Shown here: positions 10,219 to 20,998 of the stretch, in pieces
How the letters are laid out: every line of letters starts with the position of its first letter
Position numbering within the stretch: position 1 is the first letter of the stretch
Virus record (IMG/VR): IMGVR_UViG_3300012359_000028
Span: 18,433-82,432 of that record
Strand: one strand, 5' to 3'
Source: a virus
DNA: 64,000 nt
Notes under the pieces: model-generated
Told to the model about the DNA's origin: nothing
The model's input: only the letters and a program-made list of their open reading frames with translations
The model's database searches: none
Translations under genes and position numbers: made by a program

Positions 10219-12117
10219 ATGGCATTCAATGATTCTTCGGTCCCGGTTCTAAGTGGTATGGATACTACGCCGCTTACCGGCCCAGAAGTTACGGATTCTG
10301 ATGTTGTTCTACAACGCCGTGGAGCCGAGATAGCATCAAATCCAGCGAGTCAAGTCAATGCACCGGAGCCCGCTAATACTGGCGTTCCGGCAATGGCTGG
10401 CCTCACGATGGGCGGTCCTGCGCCAATGGCTCCACCTATCCCACCGGTAAACCCTGCTCGTCCATGGATGAGTATACTACAGGGTGCTTTATGGGGATTG
10501 CAAGGGGCTTCCGCGAAGGCTCCAGGTCGTGGCGGCTTTGGGGCCGGACTCGGCATGGGCGTAGCTGCTGCGCAAGGGATGAAGTTTGCTAGTGTCAAAG
10601 CAGCGGATGATCATGTTCGCGCAATGAAAGAAGCGCAACTTATGGATTTGCAAACTCAGGAGGCGAAGTTGAGCCTCCAGATGCAATACCAAAACATTGC
10701 TGCTCTAAATAAATTGTTCAATCTTAAACCTGACGGAACTATTGCTGGAGCAACCTCGCAAGACATGAATGCTCAAGCGGTCGGTGCTCATCAGACTATG
10801 GCTGCGGCATCTTCGGATGGTCAAACACTTCCACAAGTTCAGACCGTGAGTTCTCCATTTGGTCACGGCGATCAGCCTGACAAGCATGTCATCGATTATT
10901 ACAATCCCCCGAGTGCTCAAGAGTTGCAGCAGAATCCAACTGGATTTCACGATCTTGTTGTTGAATCATTTAGAGTTGATGGAAAAATCTTGACTGATCA
11001 AATGTGGCAGACTGCTGGCGGCGCTGTTAAAGTGGGCGAGAAGCCTAATGCCATCGGCATGTTGGTGCAACAACAAGAAGGTCAGGCACAGATGGTGCAG
11101 GATGCTTATAAGCGTCTCTATGCGCCCTTCGGTGGTAAAGAAATTGTTACAACTGGCTCACGTGAGCCCGCACAGATTACTTCTATGAATCAAGGTACAT
11201 CGGCTTCGCTGCATCAACAGGCGGAAGCGTACGATAAATTGCCTGATTCGAATCCGACCATTTCTAAGATATTGCACGGTCAAGCAGTCAATTTCGATTT
11301 TGCCGTGGAGAACGCCCGCAATCTTGCTACGCAGAAGAAAGGTGAAACGGTTACTTCATTGGCTCCTGCGGAAGCAGCGGCGGCCGGATTGAAGACTACT
11401 GCTGAAGAAGCGGCGAAGTTTGATCCGAATACGCCAGCCGGTCTCTTGAATATCCAAAAGGCCCAACAGGATTTGATCGACAAGAAATATGCAAATGCCG
11501 ATAAGCGCCAGAGAACTTTGTTTGATGAAGGTAAGGCCCCCGATGGTGAGACCCTCAATTTGACTAATGCTGCGCCTGAAATGTTGGTTGATCAGAAAAC
11601 CGGTCAGCCGATTCCGACTAAGATGGTTTCGACAATGAAGCCGACTCAGCAGGAAAGTAATCGTGCTGACTTTGCAAAGAGCACACTGCATATTCTTGAT
11701 ACTATAGATAAACTCCGTGCGCAAGGCAAAGTTCCGAACGGACCTATCACGGGCTTGACTGCAAAGCATATGGCGGCAGTTGGTCTCGGTAGTGATAGTC
11801 AAGAGGCCCTCGATCTCATCGGCTTCGGCTCATCGGCCTCGACCGGAGCCCATGTCGGCGGTCGATTTAATCAAGAAATCATGAAAAAGATGGACACCAT
11901 GTTGAATATCAATATGAATGATGCTCAATTCACTGGCGCTGAAAATGCCATCAGGGAAGTTATGACCCCCTATGCTACAAATGGTGGTCGTATGAGTGTG
12001 GCTGAGTTCAAGCAGAGTGCGATGGCTACACCTAAATATAGAAACGGAGTTAAAGGCCATATTATCGGTTTTGATAAGGACGGGCGACCGCAATGGGTTC
12101 CCGATCAGGCGCAATAA
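10219..12117 (+). CDS. Internal virion/DNA ejection protein
   Basis: Likely start ATG at 10219, just after the upstream stop. Q/A-rich with a GGFGAGLGMG segment. Confidence 0.55.
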   Translation: MAFNDSSVPVLSGMDTTPLTGPEVTDSDVVLQRRGAEIASNPASQVNAPEPANTGVPAMAGLTMGGPAPMAPPIPPVNPARPWMSILQGALWGLQGASAKAPGRGGFGAGLGMGVAAAQGMKFASVKAADDHVRAMKEAQLMDLQTQEAKLSLQMQYQNIAALNKLFNLKPDGTIAGATSQDMNAQAVGAHQTMAAASSDGQTLPQVQTVSSPFGHGDQPDKHVIDYYNPPSAQELQQNPTGFHDLVVESFRVDGKILTDQMWQTAGGAVKVGEKPNAIGMLVQQQEGQAQMVQDAYKRLYAPFGGKEIVTTGSREPAQITSMNQGTSASLHQQAEAYDKLPDSNPTISKILHGQAVNFDFAVENARNLATQKKGETVTSLAPAEAAAAGLKTTAEEAAKFDPNTPAGLLNIQKAQQDLIDKKYANADKRQRTLFDEGKAPDGETLNLTNAAPEMLVDQKTGQPIPTKMVSTMKPTQQESNRADFAKSTLHILDTIDKLRAQGKVPNGPITGLTAKHMAAVGLGSDSQEALDLIGFGSSASTGAHVGGRFNQEIMKKMDTMLNINMNDAQFTGAENAIREVMTPYATNGGRMSVAEFKQSAMATPKYRNGVKGHIIGFDKDGRPQWVPDQAQ

Positions 12118-12118
12118 A

Positions 12119-13411
12119 ATGCCACAACAGCAAACTCCTATTTCGGTAGATATGTCTGAACTGAGTGATACTCCGCAAGCCCCGGAATCCAAACTTTCGG
12201 CTCCTCCGGCCAATACTGCGCAATCGGGCTCTGCTCTGATACCTGTGAGCATGCAGGAATTGAGTGATACGCCGGACCCGTTTTCGAGCGTTGGAGGTGT
12301 AGCTCATAAGACTTTGGCTGAACGATTTCGTGAAGGCCGTCCAGGATATCTCCCGCCTAATTCTGTAGGCCCCCAATTATCTATGGCCGAACAATTGAAG
12401 CGTGATCCTGGTATGCCGCTGCGGACTAAAATTCGAGAAATTGAAAACTACACTCAAGAAGGTCGCCAAGTTCATCCGATTCTGGCAACAGTTGGAGACT
12501 ATCTCAAGAAAGTATTTGTTCCGGGTGCTGAAGTTCCGAACGATCTAGAACATCCTTTGGCCTCTCCAGTTCCTCCACCGCTTCCGGGTCTCTCTAGTGC
12601 ATTAGAAGGTGCTTCAGCCGTGAGTACAGTGGCGAGTGCGGCACGGGCAGCAACGACTCCAGCGGCTGAAGCGCCGGGTGTAGTCTCCAAAATTGTAAAA
12701 GGTGCGAAGGTAGCGCAGCCTAAAGCGCAATCGGCTTTACGTGAGGCTGCTAGTGTGGCTTCTGAGTCTCCGACTGCTCAACCGATGAGTCTTCCGAGAA
12801 TTTTGGAGCAACCGATTGACACAACTGAGGCTCAAGCTAAGAGTCTTTATTCAAAGATTGATGCTGCGGCCGGAACTGATATTAAGGCATTGCGCGAGAA
12901 ATTGGGTAATACCGAATATCAGATTCGAAATCTGACAGACACTGAGGAAGATCGAGTCTTGGAAGCACGTCTTGAAGCATCACGACAGGGCCTTCTCGAT
13001 AAGATTGATACGGCTAAGCAAGATGCTATTAAGGCTGGAGTGGACCCGGCAACTCTTGATCAAGCGGATGCAACATATGGAAAGGCTCAAGCGCTTCGAG
13101 AAGTCGAGAAAATTTTCAAGAACCCAAACAACATTTCAGGAAATGCTCGACTCGGCCAAGAAGAAATTATCAACGTTGATCCCACAGTCAAGGCTCTTCA
13201 GAAACTTCAGTATGCTGACAAGTACGGCGGTTCTCGACTGGAGCAGGCTTTGGGCGAGCAGAATGCGAATGCATTGCTCGGGAAACTTTATGAGGCTCAG
13301 AGACTTGGACAATCTGCTATAAGAGCGCGAAGAATTGCTGAATGGGTCGGTGCGGGAATACTAGCAGCCGGTCCAGTGATTGAGGGTACTAAAGTCCTGC
13401 TTTCGAAGTAA
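12119..13411 (+). CDS. Internal virion/DNA ejection protein
   Basis: Likely start ATG at 12119; helical A/K/E-rich with a hydrophobic C-terminus. Confidence 0.5.
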   Translation: MPQQQTPISVDMSELSDTPQAPESKLSAPPANTAQSGSALIPVSMQELSDTPDPFSSVGGVAHKTLAERFREGRPGYLPPNSVGPQLSMAEQLKRDPGMPLRTKIREIENYTQEGRQVHPILATVGDYLKKVFVPGAEVPNDLEHPLASPVPPPLPGLSSALEGASAVSTVASAARAATTPAAEAPGVVSKIVKGAKVAQPKAQSALREAASVASESPTAQPMSLPRILEQPIDTTEAQAKSLYSKIDAAAGTDIKALREKLGNTEYQIRNLTDTEEDRVLEARLEASRQGLLDKIDTAKQDAIKAGVDPATLDQADATYGKAQALREVEKIFKNPNNISGNARLGQEEIINVDPTVKALQKLQYADKYGGSRLEQALGEQNANALLGKLYEAQRLGQSAIRARRIAEWVGAGILAAGPVIEGTKVLLSK

Positions 13412-13416
13412 CCAAA

Positions 13417-16400
13417 ATGGCAAACGATCTAACTCCTACAACTGATCAGCAAGTCACGACACGGCCTGATCAAACGTCTCCCGTGCCGTTACCTCCGGGC
13501 TTGCAACCTGATACTGCGCTGCAAGACTTTAGCGGATGGGATAAACTTGCAGTCAAACAAAATGAACCTACGCCCCCCGGCTGGAAAAATCTGGTATCCC
13601 CAGATGGAACATTGGCAATGCTTACGCCAAATGGCTCCCATTCCGGCGAGGTTCCGTTGCATAAAGTGCAGGCAGCCCGAGATTCCGGGTATCACATTGC
13701 AACCCCAATGAAGGCACCCGATCAACAAACTGGATGGGTTCCGTGGCATCGCGTCGGGGAGGCTCTCGATTCTGGATTTCAACACCTAGCTGATTCTAAC
13801 GCCATGCGTCGTCTTCAGGAATTGTTTGGACCGGGGCCACTTAAGCAAACTCAGATAGGTCGAGAACTCATTCAAGAAATTTCTTCTACAATCACTGATC
13901 CAACAAAGCGTAGCCAGTTTCTTGTTGGTTTGGTTCAACCTGGTGAATTGGGCGGCGGTGAGGCAATGGGCGAGGCTGCGGAGGCTCTAGGAAAAAAGCC
14001 GCAAACTCCGATATCTCCAGAAACAAAAGTTCCACGAACAATAGATGTGCAACCTGTTGCTCCGAATGTTTATGGGGCCGAGGCTTCGGCTGAAGGCAAA
14101 ACATTTCTTTCGAAAGCGGCAAATGCATTTAATCAAGAGCAAGGTCGTTCACCAATCAATCCGACTCATGTGGCGGAGGACCCGCGATCTTCTCAGATAG
14201 CTGATGCTTATAAAGCTGCAACCCATGCGCCGAATGATCCGACTGTTAAATCGTCGTATGATGCGTTGAAGTCCGATGTGGATAAGCAGTGGGATTTTGC
14301 TACGGATAAATTGGGCATCAAGGTTGATACATCCACGACAAATCCGTATGGCTTGAATGAGAAAATTCCGGCGCACGAAGAACTGCACAATGACGTTCTG
14401 AATAACAAGCACTTGACTGTGTGGACTGGCGGAGAGCCTCCGGCTGATCATCCATTATCCGAGATCGATCCGAAGACCGGTTTGACATACAACACGAAAT
14501 TCCGCGCAGTTCATGATATCTTCGGGCACTCAGCCGAAAAAACTGATTTTAGTCCGGCTGGTGAAGAGACTGCTTGGAACTTGCATCGACAGATGTTCAG
14601 TCCCGAGGCTCGGCCAGCGTTAGCGACGGAGACCCGAGGACAGGCTGCATATACTTATAAGTATGGAGATTTTCCTCCACAGAAAGCGGCACTTCTCCCC
14701 GAAGAATTTCATTTTCGTCCTGAAGATTTGAAAGGACCGATTATAGCTGCTACTCCTTCAGGAGAGGCTATGCATGTTCCTCCTCGAAACACTAAAGGAC
14801 TCTCTGCAAATACGGTCAAAGCCATTGAGGCAGGCGGCGGTATTCCTGGTGGTCTTCAAAAGGGCGCTCCCGAGGAAGATATTCCAGACTATGCGATCTT
14901 TCATGATCCGAAGAGCGGTTCAAGTTTGATGTTACCAATGGATCAGGTTACGCCCAAAAATGTGATCGCGCATCTTGAGATAAGTCGTGCCCAGTATGCG
15001 GCAGCAGCGGCGAAGAATACTGCTCCCGCCCCTACTCCCGAACAAAACAAACCCTTACGTGGAACTGAATCTTATCATCCTGATTTACAAGAATTCGTTC
15101 GGCAAACTAATTCTTTGGTAGACGATCCTTCGCGTATCACAAAACAGGCTGCATTCATCACGCCAGACGGCCGCTTTAGTTATGTGCGCCCTGGAGAACA
15201 ACACGCTGGCCCTATTCGTAAAGCAATGGCAAATGAATGGGACCCATCTGTTCTTGATCCTCGAATAGATTTTATAAACCAGACGGGCGCAATTCGAACT
15301 CGATTTGGAACGGGACGGGAAGGTGAGACTCTTCATATCTCGGTGCCGAAGACTGGTGTTACTGATGAGCAAATTACGGCTATGCGGCAGTCGGTTGGAC
15401 AATTGGGCCGGAACGCGAATCTTGTATTAGAGACTGCTGATAATCCGTCTCTAGTGAAAACGGCAACAAAAGAATTTGTACGTCCTTCGGATGTTGAGCC
15501 GATGCTGCGGGAAATCAGGGCACACCCAGAATCTAACGATGAAAGTAAAAATCTTTTGATGGAAGAACGGCAGTCTCCATTGAAAGAACCTTATACGGCG
15601 CAAATTACGGATTCAACTGGAACTCATATAGAAACGATACCAGATTTTTCTTCAAAGGCAGCAATAAATACGGCCTGGAAAAAGTTTCCTAACGCATCAA
15701 CAGTATACGTTAAACCTTTTCCTGAAAATGTGGCTCCTTCCACTGAGTATTCTATTCCTACCGGCAAACCATTGGCTATGAGTAAGTCGCTGCGTTCCGA
15801 GCAGGACACAATTCATCACGAACTTGGGCATGCGATGATTGGGGAGAAAGAAGGAATTATTCAAAACGGTATGATTCGCCATACTCACCCCAATGCAAGG
15901 TTTTCGACGCGGGCAGCAATCATTTGGGACGGACCAAGTTTAATGTACGGTGACCGAGTTAGGCCAGATAAAGCCCCTAGTTTAGTTCGTACTTTTATGG
16001 GAGGGATTGCCCAAGATGAAATTCTGGGATATTCTCGTGAAGAAAACCATAATTTTCAACTAGGTCGCAAAGGCAGTGATGGGTACGAGGCTTTGCATAT
16101 TTTGCTCGATGCAGGCGAACCTATGGATCGAGCCGTTGAGATTCTTCATCAAGCAATCGACGAAAATAAAAAATACTTGACTCAGCCAGCGGTTGCAGAT
16201 ATAATCAAAGAAAACGCGCCCTTCCGAGAATCAAATCTTTCGAGGCAGTATCATTTTAGTCCCAATCGGATTAGGAATATGCACGCGGAAGCGCAAAGGA
16301 GAATGAATGTTGAACCAACGGAAGCTGGAGCGGAGCCTAACAACCAAACAACTAATGGAGAAAACATCCCAGGACGTGCAGCAGATGTCGCCGGAGGAAA

Positions 16401-17862
16401 AGGCGAAGCTGCGGCAGGGTCTGGACAAGGCATTCCCGCCCAAAAAGAAATAACGACAAAAGACTTGACTGCTCCAGGCCAATCTCATTGGGGTGATACT
16501 GCGGACCTTCTGGCCTCACGACCAGATGGCGGAGCTATTGATCCGAAAACTGGTAGTGAGGACGCAAAAGGATTCGGCGCTGAAGTGCTTCCTGAAGAGC
16601 GGCAGAGGATCGATCACCAGCCAACTGCGGTAGACCTGCAAGGTTATTATGAGCAGCATAAGGATGTTTTTGATAAGCATCCTGAATTGCGTATTGGATG
16701 GTATCAGGACCCCGAGAAGGGTTGGGAATTGAATATCGGCGCATCAACTCAGTCTCGTGAGGGCGCGGAGTGGGTTGGTCGCAAATTAGACCAGAAGGCA
16801 ATTTATGACATTGAAAAAGGCCAGGTTATTGATACAGGCGGCCAAAATCAGAGGACCACATTCGGCCGTTATCCTTTGGAGCAGAGATTAGAAGATTTGT
16901 CCGGCCGGGGGTTTAAGGAAATGCAAACGGCGTATCCGACGCAGCCTGAGATGCGTTCTATGATTCGGGCTGGACAAGTTGCGAAATCATGGTGGCAAAA
17001 TTCTCGTGATGCAATGAGTCTTCTCACCAATTCAGACCCTGAAGCTGCACATGATCTCGGACAATTTCTAACAGCAGTTAGTTCAAATAAGGGGAATGAT
17101 TTGGCGCTGCGCTTGGGCTTGAAAATTTATACCGATTGGATTGAGGCCGGAAAGCCTAATGCGCCGGGCGCGATTTCAGATATTGCGGAAAAGGCTCAGC
17201 AGGCTTTGAGAGAATCAGATGAAGGAATGTCTTTATTTGGTTCTTTGCTCTCGCCAGAGAAAGCACAATCAATGATGCCGGTTGACAAAATGATGCTTGA
17301 GCGCTATGTCGGCGGTCAATCATTTTATCATCCTGAAGATTTACGCGCCGCAAAGATTGCTAACATGGGTTTGACTATGGGCGGTGATCCGTGGGCCGGA
17401 GTTTTGGATCGTCATACCGGCCGAACCATGGCCTATGGCGAGGAATTGCAGCCGACGGCTAAGTCATACTTCGCCATGAAAGAATGGCTACGTAAAGCAT
17501 CCCAAGCTGAGGATATGACTCTGGAAGAGGGACAAGCCGCGAATTGGGTTGTAGGACGATTACTGAGCCCCGATCTGTCCTTGACAGATAAGCAGATTCT
17601 TGCTAAGATCAAATCAGGGAATACGCTGAAAGAAGGAGAAACTTATGCCAATATCATCCTCAATGACCCCAAAGTCAATCGCCTCGCCCGAGAAGTCATT
17701 GCCAAGTTTGGAGGCACTCCAGACGAAGTTTTTGCAGACCTCCGCAAAATCACCGAGCAAGGAAAGTCCAGACTCCTCGAAGGATCGAAAAAAGAAGCAT
17801 CTAACCCAACTCTTAAATCTTATCTTGGGCGAGCCGTCAAAGGCCGAGACGCCGGAAAGTAA
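13417..17862 (+). CDS. Large multidomain (polyvalent-like) virion protein with zincin metallopeptidase motif
   Basis: 1481 aa with HHELGH...FMGGIAQDE (M41-like zincin), an FRAVHDIFGH domain and a C-terminal DRH...QAANW domain. Last gene of the structural operon. Confidence 0.6.
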   Translation: MANDLTPTTDQQVTTRPDQTSPVPLPPGLQPDTALQDFSGWDKLAVKQNEPTPPGWKNLVSPDGTLAMLTPNGSHSGEVPLHKVQAARDSGYHIATPMKAPDQQTGWVPWHRVGEALDSGFQHLADSNAMRRLQELFGPGPLKQTQIGRELIQEISSTITDPTKRSQFLVGLVQPGELGGGEAMGEAAEALGKKPQTPISPETKVPRTIDVQPVAPNVYGAEASAEGKTFLSKAANAFNQEQGRSPINPTHVAEDPRSSQIADAYKAATHAPNDPTVKSSYDALKSDVDKQWDFATDKLGIKVDTSTTNPYGLNEKIPAHEELHNDVLNNKHLTVWTGGEPPADHPLSEIDPKTGLTYNTKFRAVHDIFGHSAEKTDFSPAGEETAWNLHRQMFSPEARPALATETRGQAAYTYKYGDFPPQKAALLPEEFHFRPEDLKGPIIAATPSGEAMHVPPRNTKGLSANTVKAIEAGGGIPGGLQKGAPEEDIPDYAIFHDPKSGSSLMLPMDQVTPKNVIAHLEISRAQYAAAAAKNTAPAPTPEQNKPLRGTESYHPDLQEFVRQTNSLVDDPSRITKQAAFITPDGRFSYVRPGEQHAGPIRKAMANEWDPSVLDPRIDFINQTGAIRTRFGTGREGETLHISVPKTGVTDEQITAMRQSVGQLGRNANLVLETADNPSLVKTATKEFVRPSDVEPMLREIRAHPESNDESKNLLMEERQSPLKEPYTAQITDSTGTHIETIPDFSSKAAINTAWKKFPNASTVYVKPFPENVAPSTEYSIPTGKPLAMSKSLRSEQDTIHHELGHAMIGEKEGIIQNGMIRHTHPNARFSTRAAIIWDGPSLMYGDRVRPDKAPSLVRTFMGGIAQDEILGYSREENHNFQLGRKGSDGYEALHILLDAGEPMDRAVEILHQAIDENKKYLTQPAVADIIKENAPFRESNLSRQYHFSPNRIRNMHAEAQRRMNVEPTEAGAEPNNQTTNGENIPGRAADVAGGKGEAAAGSGQGIPAQKEITTKDLTAPGQSHWGDTADLLASRPDGGAIDPKTGSEDAKGFGAEVLPEERQRIDHQPTAVDLQGYYEQHKDVFDKHPELRIGWYQDPEKGWELNIGASTQSREGAEWVGRKLDQKAIYDIEKGQVIDTGGQNQRTTFGRYPLEQRLEDLSGRGFKEMQTAYPTQPEMRSMIRAGQVAKSWWQNSRDAMSLLTNSDPEAAHDLGQFLTAVSSNKGNDLALRLGLKIYTDWIEAGKPNAPGAISDIAEKAQQALRESDEGMSLFGSLLSPEKAQSMMPVDKMMLERYVGGQSFYHPEDLRAAKIANMGLTMGGDPWAGVLDRHTGRTMAYGEELQPTAKSYFAMKEWLRKASQAEDMTLEEGQAANWVVGRLLSPDLSLTDKQILAKIKSGNTLKEGETYANIILNDPKVNRLAREVIAKFGGTPDEVFADLRKITEQGKSRLLEGSKKEASNPTLKSYLGRAVKGRDAGK

Positions 17863-17870
17863 GTAGAATT

Positions 17871-18050
17871 TTACTTCTTCGCCTTCTTGTCTGATACATT
17901 CTCTTCAACCGTGAATCCTTCCCGTTTGAATTTCTCAGGATCAAACCCCTCGAATGCTGCATCCCATTTTTCTTGAGTGATCTTTCCATTGCTCATGCCA
18001 AATGCTGCACTGCTTGCGCCTCGGGCTAAACGATCTCCGTATCCTTCCAT
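17871..18050 (-). CDS. Hypothetical protein (59 aa, not in ORF track)
   Basis: GGAGG RBS then MEGYGDRLARG...KKAKK*; converges on the structural operon. Confidence 0.5.
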   Translation of the reverse strand: MEGYGDRLARGASSAAFGMSNGKITQEKWDAAFEGFDPEKFKREGFTVEENVSDKKAKK

Positions 18051-18181
18051 TATTTCCTCCTTCGAAATGATTCAAATTTCTGGCGGCCCAGGTGGTACCG
18101 TGCTGAAGTAGACCGTGATCAGTGCGATAACGGCTGCGCCGAGTACGATACCCATTAAGAATGATTGTAAATCGAAATGGT

Positions 18182-18607
18182 TCATGGCCGGGTAGGACCG
18201 CCTTCGAGTATTTCCCTATGATGAGTCAGGGTAACCCAACCACCACCAGGGAAAATTTCCTGCCAGTAATTGGCCCAGGGGCCTCGAAAAGAAAGGACCC
18301 ATGTGTTTCCGGCGCTCTCTACTTTGTGATAGTTCTCACGCTCTGTGAAAATAGGCTTGAAACTGGGTCGGTAAACAGTCTTTATGGTTATGTCATCTAA
18401 TCTATATGGATTGATGAGACGGTTTTCGGTCAGTTTTCCGCGTAGCACCCAGGAGATGCTATTGAATGCATGCGAATGGTATGCTTCCCGTGAGCCGTCC
18501 TTGAAATGAAGCAGGACAATCGAGAACAATTTTTTCCATTCAATCAACCAGTAGCCCCAGACTCGTGACTCAGGCCCGCCGTCCTTCATCTTCGAGAAGA
18601 TTTTCAT
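18182..18607 (-). CDS. Cupin-fold protein
   Basis: YHSHAF...WVLRGKLTE and YHKV...WVLSFRGP cupin metal-binding motifs. Confidence 0.6.
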   Translation of the reverse strand: MKIFSKMKDGGPESRVWGYWLIEWKKLFSIVLLHFKDGSREAYHSHAFNSISWVLRGKLTENRLINPYRLDDITIKTVYRPSFKPIFTERENYHKVESAGNTWVLSFRGPWANYWQEIFPGGGWVTLTHHREILEGGPTRP

Positions 18608-18760
18608 AGCGTTGTTTACACTCCTTTTTGTGTTCGTCATAAAAGAACGTTCGGATATTCGTTCGGCAGTACGGACAGCGATTGCAACAGGGCATTAAGT
18701 GATTGAGAAGGCCGCTATGGCATCTGCAACGGCATTCCTCACCTGAAGTGCGACAGTCAA

Positions 18761-19111
18761 TCATAGTTCGACTCCGTGCCTCTTAGCAATTTGTTTCAGA
18801 ATGTTAATGGCGATTTGCTCAGGGTAAAACGGTCCCGCGTCTTCTTCACGAGTGTCTTCATCAAAACCTCCAAAATCTCCGGCGGTCTTGAGTGCGTGCT
18901 TTATGTCATTCAGCATTTCTGTGATCGGGTCTGGCGCGCTTAAAAATTTCTCGATATTTTCGGCTAGTAAAAAGCGTCTCTGCTCCGGCCCTTCGAGTTC
19001 TCCAGACCGACGACTAGCGCCGATGCCCGGAACGGTACCGTCTTCACGCTTCAAATACTGGAGCGTTTCCTTGAGAAGTCCGTTCGCACTTAATACGTTG
19101 TATGATGACAT
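18761..19111 (-). CDS. Hypothetical protein
   Basis: GGAG RBS before MSSYNV; in a tightly packed - strand cluster. Confidence 0.4.
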   Translation of the reverse strand: MSSYNVLSANGLLKETLQYLKREDGTVPGIGASRRSGELEGPEQRRFLLAENIEKFLSAPDPITEMLNDIKHALKTAGDFGGFDEDTREEDAGPFYPEQIAINILKQIAKRHGVEL

Positions 19112-19379
19112 CGGTATCTCCCATGCTGTGACCGGTTCCATCTGGCAAGCACCATCCGGTACCGATGCCATTTATGAACCGGTAGTCGAGTTTTCCTGCA
19201 TAAATATCGTCCTCTTGCTGCTGAGTCATTATGACTCCGGGACAATCAGTCGGTAGAGTTCCTTCAAATCCATGACAGACTGTACAATAGCCGAGATTAC
19301 CGTCACAGAATAGGCAACTGCGGGCGTAATCTCCGTTATCATGATGACCCGGAGGACATGAGTACCATGTATGTTTCAT
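19044..19379 (-). CDS. Cys-rich hypothetical protein
   Basis: CLFC...CTVC...DCPG motifs; GAGGA RBS. Confidence 0.45.
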   Translation of the reverse strand: MKHTWYSCPPGHHDNGDYARSCLFCDGNLGYCTVCHGFEGTLPTDCPGVIMTQQQEDDIYAGKLDYRFINGIGTGWCLPDGTGHSMGDTDVIIQRIKCERTSQGNAPVFEA

Positions 19380-19735
19380 GTTGTCCTCGAATAATAGTCT
19401 CCGCGAAATGCCTTCTTTGTCTGTGCTCCAAAGTAGGATTCGGTAACTTTTCACGGTACGATGACCAGCTTCAGAATATCGATGAGCGCGCCGAGAATTC
19501 TATGCTGTCGTTCTAGCTCTCCATTAGAATGAAGATCGGCGCTGAGTCCGGTAATGCCTAGAAGTTTTAAGGCAGCCAGTTCTTGTTCGTTCGTCGGTTC
19601 GAATGTAAGTTTAACCTTCATTGAAGTTTCCCTCCGTGTTTCGTCACCTCTCCGTCAGTCACTCGTTCAGCCGACGGTTTGTGCGGTGAACACTCTTCAT
19701 AACTACAATCCAGTTGATCGCCCTCGTTAACAAAA

Positions 19736-20077
19736 TCAAAAAAGTCTTTGCTGGTATGATCGCATTCGCGGACGTTCTATGCGGTCCCAATAGACAATTT
19801 TCACCGGATCATCATCGATATCACCAAGGACTTCGACAAGAAACATTGAACCGCAGCCTTCACACGTCACTACTCGACCGACACCGCCCTCGGGTCCGAA
19901 CTGGAAGGTGGTACCTTTGCAGTCTGGACAATGACCGGAATTCATCAAGGCTGCATCACCGTGCGTCGGGCAGCTTGACTCACGGCTAAGGAGAACGTTA
20001 TGGATGCCTACAAGGTTACTCAGTACGCAGGTGCATGCTGGCTTGAACTTTAGCACTGTCTTGAGCCACTGGAACAT
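19736..20077 (-). CDS. Zn-ribbon protein
   Basis: CPDC...GPEGG...CEGC. Confidence 0.5.
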   Translation of the reverse strand: MFQWLKTVLKFKPACTCVLSNLVGIHNVLLSRESSCPTHGDAALMNSGHCPDCKGTTFQFGPEGGVGRVVTCEGCGSMFLVEVLGDIDDDPVKIVYWDRIERPRMRSYQQRLF

Positions 20078-20417
20078 TGATTACCTCCCTTAAGAGTTTC
20101 TCACGCTCTTTTTGAAGTTCGATTCCTCGTTCCCACAACCGATTCCATTCAGCAATGCCCCAGACACTATCATTGAATGTGAATTCCATTCGAGACATAG
20201 CAGCTTCAATCCATTCAATATCGATAGCATCAAGACGTTTACGTTGTGTTGGACTTAGCATTATCATTCCTTTCGACAACAGAGGATTGAAGATCAAGGG
20301 CGTAGTCCACAAACTGTACATCAATCCATTTGCCGGATGGATGCACACTGCGAACGGTGCCCTTGACCAGAACAGAGTCTCCGCGTTGCAGTTCTTTTGC
20401 TTTGGCCGGAGTCATTG

Positions 20418-20654
20418 CTATGCCTTTCGGTTTTTCTTGGGCTTTCTAGTGACAACACGCAAATTTTCCGAGTCAACGTACCAGTGGCCGGTACCGTCGA
20501 TTTCTCCACCATGACCTTCTTTCCACCGAGGAAAGAAAATTAGGGCAGCACCATTTTCATCGATAGATATAACTTTCCCAATCCGACCAGCAACTTCTGT
20601 TGAATCGCCAGTACCGTTTTTTATAACTCTGACCTGAGTTCCGATTTTAAGCAT
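20418..20654 (-). CDS. Small SH3/KOW-like protein
   Basis: LKIGTQVRV...GRIGKVI pattern. Confidence 0.45.
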   Translation of the reverse strand: MLKIGTQVRVIKNGTGDSTEVAGRIGKVISIDENGAALIFFPRWKEGHGGEIDGTGHWYVDSENLRVVTRKPKKNRKA

Positions 20655-20937
20655 TACGCACCTTCCGGCCGATTTTGCGAGCCATGACGAACCGCGTCGG
20701 AGTGATACCGAGCCAACGAATGATCTTCTTACTATTGGCGCGGCTGAACGTATGGCAGCCTAGATTTAACCTGCCGTTTTCCATGTAAACGGGGATTTGA
20801 TATGCGAGGCTCAAATCCGAAACGTAATTGAGATTGAGGTCATAGGTGATATGGTCGGTTTCCAGATACTTCAAAAGAGACGCCCTGGTTCCATTACGGG
20901 TAGCATATCGCTCGCCATCCGTGTTACGAGTTTTCAA
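20647..20937 (-). CDS. Hypothetical protein
   Basis: ORF overlapping the next gene in the - strand operon. Confidence 0.4.
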   Translation of the reverse strand: MKTRNTDGERYATRNGTRASLLKYLETDHITYDLNLNYVSDLSLAYQIPVYMENGRLNLGCHTFSRANSKKIIRWLGITPTRFVMARKIGRKVRNA

Positions 20938-20998
20938 AAACCTAAGTACATCACCATCTACGTCGGGTATTTAACTTCATTTTCAGTCTCCTTTATGA

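Noticed and set aside
17862-17871. Bidirectional terminator at the convergence of the two gene blocks
   Set aside because: Only 8 nt separate the stops and no hairpin with a U-tract is visible.
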